Shown here in pieces: positions 48,901-53,445 of a DNA stretch of 53,445 nucleotides. A model generated the notes under the pieces. It was not told the origin of the DNA. It saw only the letters and a list, made by a program, of their open reading frames with translations, and did not search any database. The stretch is from Eledone cirrhosa (Eukaryota): positions 1 through 53,445 of the forward strand of contig CAXHJY010001341.1 in assembly GCA_964016885.1 (NCBI GenBank), written 5' to 3'. The translations under genes were made by a program, and so were the position numbers. Within the stretch, counting starts at the first letter, position 1. Every line of letters begins with the position of its first letter.

Positions 48901-51900
48901 TGTAGTGGTTGTTGTTCGTTGTGTAGTGGTTGTTGCTGGTAGTGTAGTGGTTGGTGTTGGTAGTGCAGTGGTGGTTGTTGGTAGTGTAGTGGTGGTTGTT
49001 GGTAGTGCAGTGGTTGTTGTTGGTAGTGTAGTGGTTGTTGTTGGTTGTGTAGTGGTGGTTGTTGGTTGTGTAGTGTTTGTTGTTGGTAGTGTAGCGGTTG
49101 TTGTTGGTAGTGTAGTGTTTGTTGTTGGTAGTGTAGTGTTTGTTGTTGGTAGTGTAGTGGTGGTTGTTGTTGGTAGTGTAGTGGTTGTTGTTGGTAGTGT
49201 AGTGGTTGTTGTTGGTAGTGTAGTGGTTGTTGTTGGTAGTGTAGTGGTTGTTGTAGGTAGGGTAGTGGTGGTTGTTGTTGGTAGTGTAGTGGTTGTTGTT
49301 GGTAGTGTAGTGGTGGTTGTTGTTGGTAGTGTAGTGGCTGTTGTTGGTAGTGTAGTGGTGGTTGTTGTTGGTAGTGTAGTGGTTGTTGTTGGTAGTGTAG
49401 TGGTTGTTGTTGGTAGTGTAGTGGTTGTTGTTGGTAGTGTAGTGGTTGTTGTTGGTAGCGTAGTGGTTGTTGTTGGTTGTGTAGTGGTCGTTGTTGGTAG
49501 TGTAGTAGTTGTTGTTGGTAGTGTAGTGGTTGTTGTTTGTAATGTAGTGGTTGTTGTTGGTAGTGTAGTGGTTGTTGTTGGTAGCGTAGTGGTTGTTGTT
49601 GGTTGTGTAGTGGTTGTTGTTGGTAGTGTAGTGGTTGTTGTTGGTAGTGTAGTGGTTGTTGGAAGTGTAGTGGTTGTTGTTGGTAGTGTAGTGGTTGTTG
49701 GTAGTGTAGTGGTTGTTGGTAGTGTAGTGGTTGTTGTTGGTAGTGTAGTGGTTGTTGGTAGTGTAGTGGTTGTTGTTGGTAGTGTAGTGGTTGTTGTTGG
49801 TAGTGTAGTGGTTGTTGTTGGTAGTGTAGAGGTTGTTGTTGGTAGTGTAGTGGTTGTTGTTGTTAGTGAAGTGGTTGTTGTTGGTAGTGTAGTGGTTGTT
49901 GTTTGTTGTGTAGTGGTTGTTGCTGGTAGTGTAGTGGTTGTTGTTGGTAGTGTAGTGGTTGTTGTTTGTAGTGTTCTGGTAGTTGTTGGTAGTGTAGTGG
50001 TTGTTGTTGGTAGTGTAGTGGTTGTTGTTGGTAGTGTACTGGTTGTTGTTGGTAGTGTACTGGTTGTTGTTGGTAGTGTAGTGGTTGTTGTTCGTTGTGT
50101 AGTGGTTGTTGCTGGTAGTGTAGTGGTTGGTGTTGGTAGTGCAGTGGTTGTTGTTGGTAGTGTAGTGGTTGTTGTTGGTAGTGTAGTGGTGGTTGTTGGT
50201 AGTGCAGTGGTTGTTGTTGGTAGTGTAGTGGTTGTTGTTGGTTGTGTAGTGGTGGTTGTTGGTTGTGTAGTGTTTGTTGGTAGTGTAGTGGTTGTTGTTG
50301 GTAGTGTAGTGGTTGTTGTTGGTAGTGTAGTGTTTCTTGTTGGTAGTGTAGTGGTTGTTGTTGGTAGTGTAGCGGTTGTTGTTGGTAGTGTAGTGGTTGT
50401 TGTTGGTTGTGTAGTGGTGGTTGTTGGTTGTGTAGTGTTTGTTGTTAGTGTAGTGGTTGTTGTTGGTAGTGTAGTGGTTGTTGTTGGTAGTGTAGTGTTT
50501 GTTGTTGGTAGTGTAGTGGTTGTTGTTGGTAGTGTAGCGGTTGTTGTTGGTAGTGTACTGGTTGTTGTTGGTAGTGTAGTGGTTGTTGTTGGTTGTGTAG
50601 TGGTTGATGCTGGTAGTGTAGTGGTTGTTGTTGGTAGTGTAGTGGTGGTTGTTGGTAGTGTAGTGGTGGTTGTTGGTAGTGTAGTGGTTGTTGTTGGTAG
50701 TGTAGTTGTTGTTGTTGGTTGTGTAGTGGTGGTTGTTGGTTGTGTAGTGTTTGTTGGTAGTGTAGTGGTTGTTGTTGGTTGTGTAGTGGTTGTTGTTGGT
50801 AGTGTAGTGGTGGTTGTTGGTAGTGTAGTGGTTGTTGTTGATTGTGTAGTGGTTGTTGCTTGTAGTGTAGTGGTTGTTGTTGGTAGTGTAGTGGTTGTTG
50901 TTGGTAGTGTAGTGGTTGTTGTTGGTAGTGTAGTGGTTGTTGTTGGTAGTGTAGTGGCTGTTGTTGGTAGTGTAGTGGTTGTTGTTGGTAGTGTAGTGGT
51001 GGTTGTTGGTTGTGTAGTGGTTGTTGCTGGTAGTGTAGTGGTTGTTGTTGGTTGTGTAGTGGTTGTTGCTGGTAGTGTAGTGGTTGTTGTTGGTAGTGTA
51101 GTGGTTGTTGTTGGCTGTGTAGTGGTTGTTGTTGGTAGTGTAGTGGTTGTTGTTGGTAGTGTAGTGGTTGTTGTTGGTAGTGTAGTGGTTGTTGTTGGTA
51201 GTTTAGTGGTTGTTGTTGGTAGTGTAGTGGTGGTTGTTGTTGGTAGTGTAGTGGTTGTTGTTGGTAGTGTAGTGGTTGTTGTTGGTAGTGTAGTGGTTGT
51301 TGTTGGTAGTGTAGTGGTTGTTGTTGGTAGTGTAGTGCGTGTTGTTGGTAGTGTAATGGTTGTTGTTGGTAGTGTAGTGGTGGTTGTTGTTGGTAGTGTA
51401 GTGGTTGTTGTTGGTAGTGTAGTGGTTGTTGTTGGTAGTGTAGTGGTTGTTGTTGGTAGTGTAGTGGTTGCTGTTGGTAGGGTAGTTGTGGTTGTTGTTG
51501 GTAGTGTAGTGGTTGTTGTTGGTAGTGTAGTGGTGGTTGTTGTTGGTAGTGTAGTGGCTGTTGTTGGTAGTGTAGTGGTGGTTGTTGTTGGTAGTGTAGT
51601 GGTTGTTGTTGGTAGTGTAGTGGTTGTTGTTGGTAGTGTAGTGGTTGTTGTTGGTAGTGTAGTGGTTGTTGTTGGTAGTGTAGTGGTTGTTGTTGGTAGC
51701 GTAGTGGTTGTTGTTGGTTGTGTAGTGGTTGTTGTTGGTAGTGTAGTAGTTGTTGTTGGTAGTGTAGTGGTTGTTGTTGGTAATGTAGTGGTTGTTGTTG
51801 GTAGTGTAGTGGTTGTTGTTGGTAGCGTAGTGGTTGTTGTTGGTTGTGTAGTGGTTGTTGTTGGTAGTGTAGTGGTTGTTGTTGGTTGTGTAGTGGTTGT

Positions 51901-53445
51901 TGTTGGTAGTGTAGTGGTTGTTGTTGGTAGTGTAGTGGTTGTTGGTAGTGTAGTGGTTGTTGTTGGTAGTGTAGTGGTTGTTGTTGGTAGTGTAGTGGTT
52001 GTTGTTGGTAGTGTAGAGGTTGTTGTTGGTAGTGTAGTGGTTGTTGTTGTTAGTGAAGTGGTTGTTGCTGGTAGTGTAGTGGTTGTTGTTTGTTGTGTAG
52101 TGGTTGTTGCTGGTAGTGTAGTGGTTGTTGTTGGTAGTGTAGTGGTTGTTGTTTGTAGTGTTCTGGTTGTTGTTGGTAGTGTAGTGGTTGTTGTTGGTAG
52201 TGTAGTGGTTGTTGTTGGTAGTGTACTGGTTGTTGTTGGTAGTGTACTGGTTGTTGTTGGTAGTGTAGTGGTTGTTGTTCGTTGTGTAGTGGTTGTTGCT
52301 GGTAGTGTAGTGGTTGGTGTTGGTAGTGCAGTGGTTGTTGTTGGTAGTGTAGTGGTTGTTGTTGGTAGTGTAGTGGTGGTTGTTGGTAGTGTAGCGGTTG
52401 TTGTTGGTAGTGTAGTGGTTGTTGTTGGTTGTGTAGTGGTGGTTGTTGGTTGTGTAGTGTTTGTTGTTAGTGTAGTGGTTGTTGTTGGTAGTGTAGTGGT
52501 TGTTGTTGGTAGTGTAGTGTTTGTTGTTGGTAGTGTAGTGGTTGTTGTTGGTAGTGTAGCGGTTGTTGTTGGTAGTGTACTGGTTGTTGTTGGTAGTGTA
52601 GTGGTTGTTGTTGGTTGTGTAGTGGTTGATGCTGGTAGTGTAGTGGTTGTTGTTGGTAGTGTAGTGGTGGTTGTTGGTAGTGTAGTGGTGGTTGTTGGTA
52701 GTGTAGTGGTTGTTGTTGGTAGTGTAGTTGTTGTTGTTGGTTGTGTAGTGGTGGTTGTTGGTTGTGTAGTGTTTGTTGGTAGTGTAGTGGTTGTTGTTGG
52801 TTGTGTAGTGTTTGTTGCTGGTAGTGTAGTGGTTGTTGTTGGTAGTGTAGTGGTTGTTGTTGGTAGTGTAGTGGTTGTTGTTGGTTGTGTAGTTGTTGTT
52901 GTTGGTTGTGTAGTGTTTGTTGGTAGTGTAGTGCTTGTTGTTGGTAGTGTAGTGGTGGTTGTTGGTAGTGTAGTGGTTGTTGTTGGTAGTGTAGTGGTTG
53001 TTGTTGGTTGTGTAGTGGTGGTTGTTGGTTGTGTAATGTTTGTTGGTAGTGTAGTGGTTGTTGTTGGTAGTGTAGTGGTGGTTGTTGGTAGTGTAGTGGT
53101 TGTTGCTGGTAGTGTAGTGGTTGTTGTTGGTAGTGTAGTGGTTGTTGTTGGTAGTTTAGTGGTTGTTGTTGGTTGTGTAGTGGTTCTTGTTGGTAGTGTA
53201 GTGGTTGTTGTTGGTAGTGTAGTGGTTGTTGGTAGTGTAGTGGTTGTTGTTGGTAGTGTAGTGGTTGTTGGTAGTGTAGTGGTTGTTGTTGGTAGTGTAG
53301 TGGTGGTTGTTGGTAGTGTAGTGGTTGTTGTTTGTAGTGTAGTGGCTGTTGTTGGTAGTGTAGTGGGGGTTGTTGTTGGTAGTGTAGTGGTTGTTGTTGG
53401 TAGTGTAGTGGTTGTTGTTGGTAGTGTAGTGGTTGTTGTTGGTAG
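1..53445 (-). CDS. Partial CDS (internal fragment, open at both ends) of a giant Thr/Pro-rich mucin-like glycoprotein repeat domain, 17,815 codons
   Basis: The + strand triplets starting at positions 1 mod 3 (tgt/tgg/tag/ttc/agt/ggt) are the reverse complements of ACA/CCA/CTA/GAA/ACT/ACC = T/P/L/E/T/T. A minus-frame stop requires a TAx or CAx codon in the overlapping + frame; the supplied 11,181-aa + ORF shows no Y/H/Q, and by-eye reading of 1-3976 and 37491-53445 found no in-phase tta/cta/tca. Unit-length variants are multiples of 3 (18/21/24/27/30). In-frame ATGs at 37035 and 2928 are internal repeat variants. The mucin-like call rests on composition only. Confidence 0.8.
8650..12020. repeat. 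Higher-order duplication, offset 2136 bp
   Basis: ORF-track pairs 8703/10839, 8892/11028, 9408/11544, 9678/11814; shared variants ggtgcgg, gtcggt, ggtttgg. Boundaries approximate. Confidence 0.85.
13850..20200. repeat. Higher-order duplication, offset 4701 bp, with a nested 963-bp tandem duplication (~14900-16830)
   Basis: gatatttt at 13895/18596; tatacg/tttacg at 15415/20116; ORF pairs 14559/19260 and 15030/19731. Nested: tatacg at 15415/16378; ORF pairs 15030/15993 and 15768/16731. Confidence 0.85.
26190..27490. repeat. Higher-order tandem duplication, period 657 bp
   Basis: gatttt (a at 26331/26988), agcgttgtttct and the double gatggttctatt recur; ORF pair 26532/27189. Confidence 0.85.
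29291..30350 (-). repeat. Short type-B array: 21-bp unit (+ strand ggtagtgtagtggttgttgtt) encoding TTTTTLP; about 50 units
   Basis: ggttct is replaced by gtagtggtt from ~29296 to ~30350. Confidence 0.95.
30351..31560 (-). repeat. Short, more diverged type-A array (TEPTLPTT with TEPTIP and TETTLP variants); about 48-50 units
   Basis: ggttct units resume at ~30361 and end at ~31545; many ggtatt and gtttct variants. Confidence 0.95.
37440..43310. repeat. Higher-order tandem duplication, period ~2.91-2.97 kb
   Basis: gattgtg at 39711/42621, ttcttgctgg at 39891/42801 and gtgcgtg (c at 40187/43097) all at offset 2910; ggtaggttag ~38518/41452; agtggag ~37492/40460. Confidence 0.85.
37491..37983 (-). 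other. Out-of-phase segment bounded by compensating deletions (-1 at ~37490, -8 at ~37983); reads as NNNHYTT repeats in the continuous minus frame
   Basis: Repeat phase shifts by one base in lines 37501-37981 only. Compared with the paralogous copy at 40451 (gttgttgAtagtggag), an a is missing at ~37490; at 37983 gtggtggt is missing from gtgta[gtggtggt]tgttggtaat. Confidence 0.85.
43600..53445. repeat. Mosaic of higher-order duplications in the type-B array (offsets 378, ~1270-1290, 2187, 4110 bp)
   Basis: gttctggt (c at 44036, 44414, 45866, 47156, 49976, 52163); ggaagtg at 45553/49663; gatgc (a at 46497, 47766, 50607, 52629). Confidence 0.8.

Larger units (their letters stand above)
31561..53445 (-). 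repeat. Main type-B tandem array: 21-bp unit encoding TTTTTLP with 18- and 24-bp variants (e.g. PTNTTQ); about 1,040 units, running off the window edge
   Basis: Directly visible; gtagtggttgttgttggtagt periodicity continues to the last base. Confidence 0.97.

Noticed and set aside
1-53445. CRISPR array
   Set aside because: Repeats are head-to-tail with no unique spacers, no palindromes and no cas genes.
1-53445. Telomeric repeat or non-coding satellite
   Set aside because: The G/T strand bias is telomere-like, but two unit types, strict triplet phase and a stop-free frame with mucin composition favour coding. Not absolutely excluded without expression data.
1-53445. Assigning a gene symbol (MUC2/MUC5AC, PRG4, Sgs glue protein, gp900) or a taxon
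   Set aside because: Only compositional resemblance; there is no unique domain in the window and the repeat units do not match the consensus repeats I know for those proteins.

Overview
The whole 53,445-bp window is a tandem-repeat array, about 90% G+T on the + strand. It reads as one uninterrupted open frame on the MINUS strand (53445->1, 17,815 codons). I found no stop in that frame, and both ends lie outside the window, so the ORF track misses it. The product is a Thr/Pro-rich mucin-type (PTS-like) repeat domain built from two related units: a 21-bp unit (TTTTTLP; ~31560-53445 and ~29290-30350) and a 24/27-bp unit (TEPTLPTT[T]; ~1-29290 and ~30350-31560). Kilobase-scale higher-order duplications are nested on top. 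Triplet phase is kept everywhere except 37491-37983, where a -1 and a -8 deletion compensate each other without creating a stop. The Val/Leu-rich + strand ORFs are best explained as antisense shadows. There is no unique sequence, so gene, organism and exon boundaries cannot be identified, and a non-coding satellite or an assembly-inflated array cannot be fully excluded.
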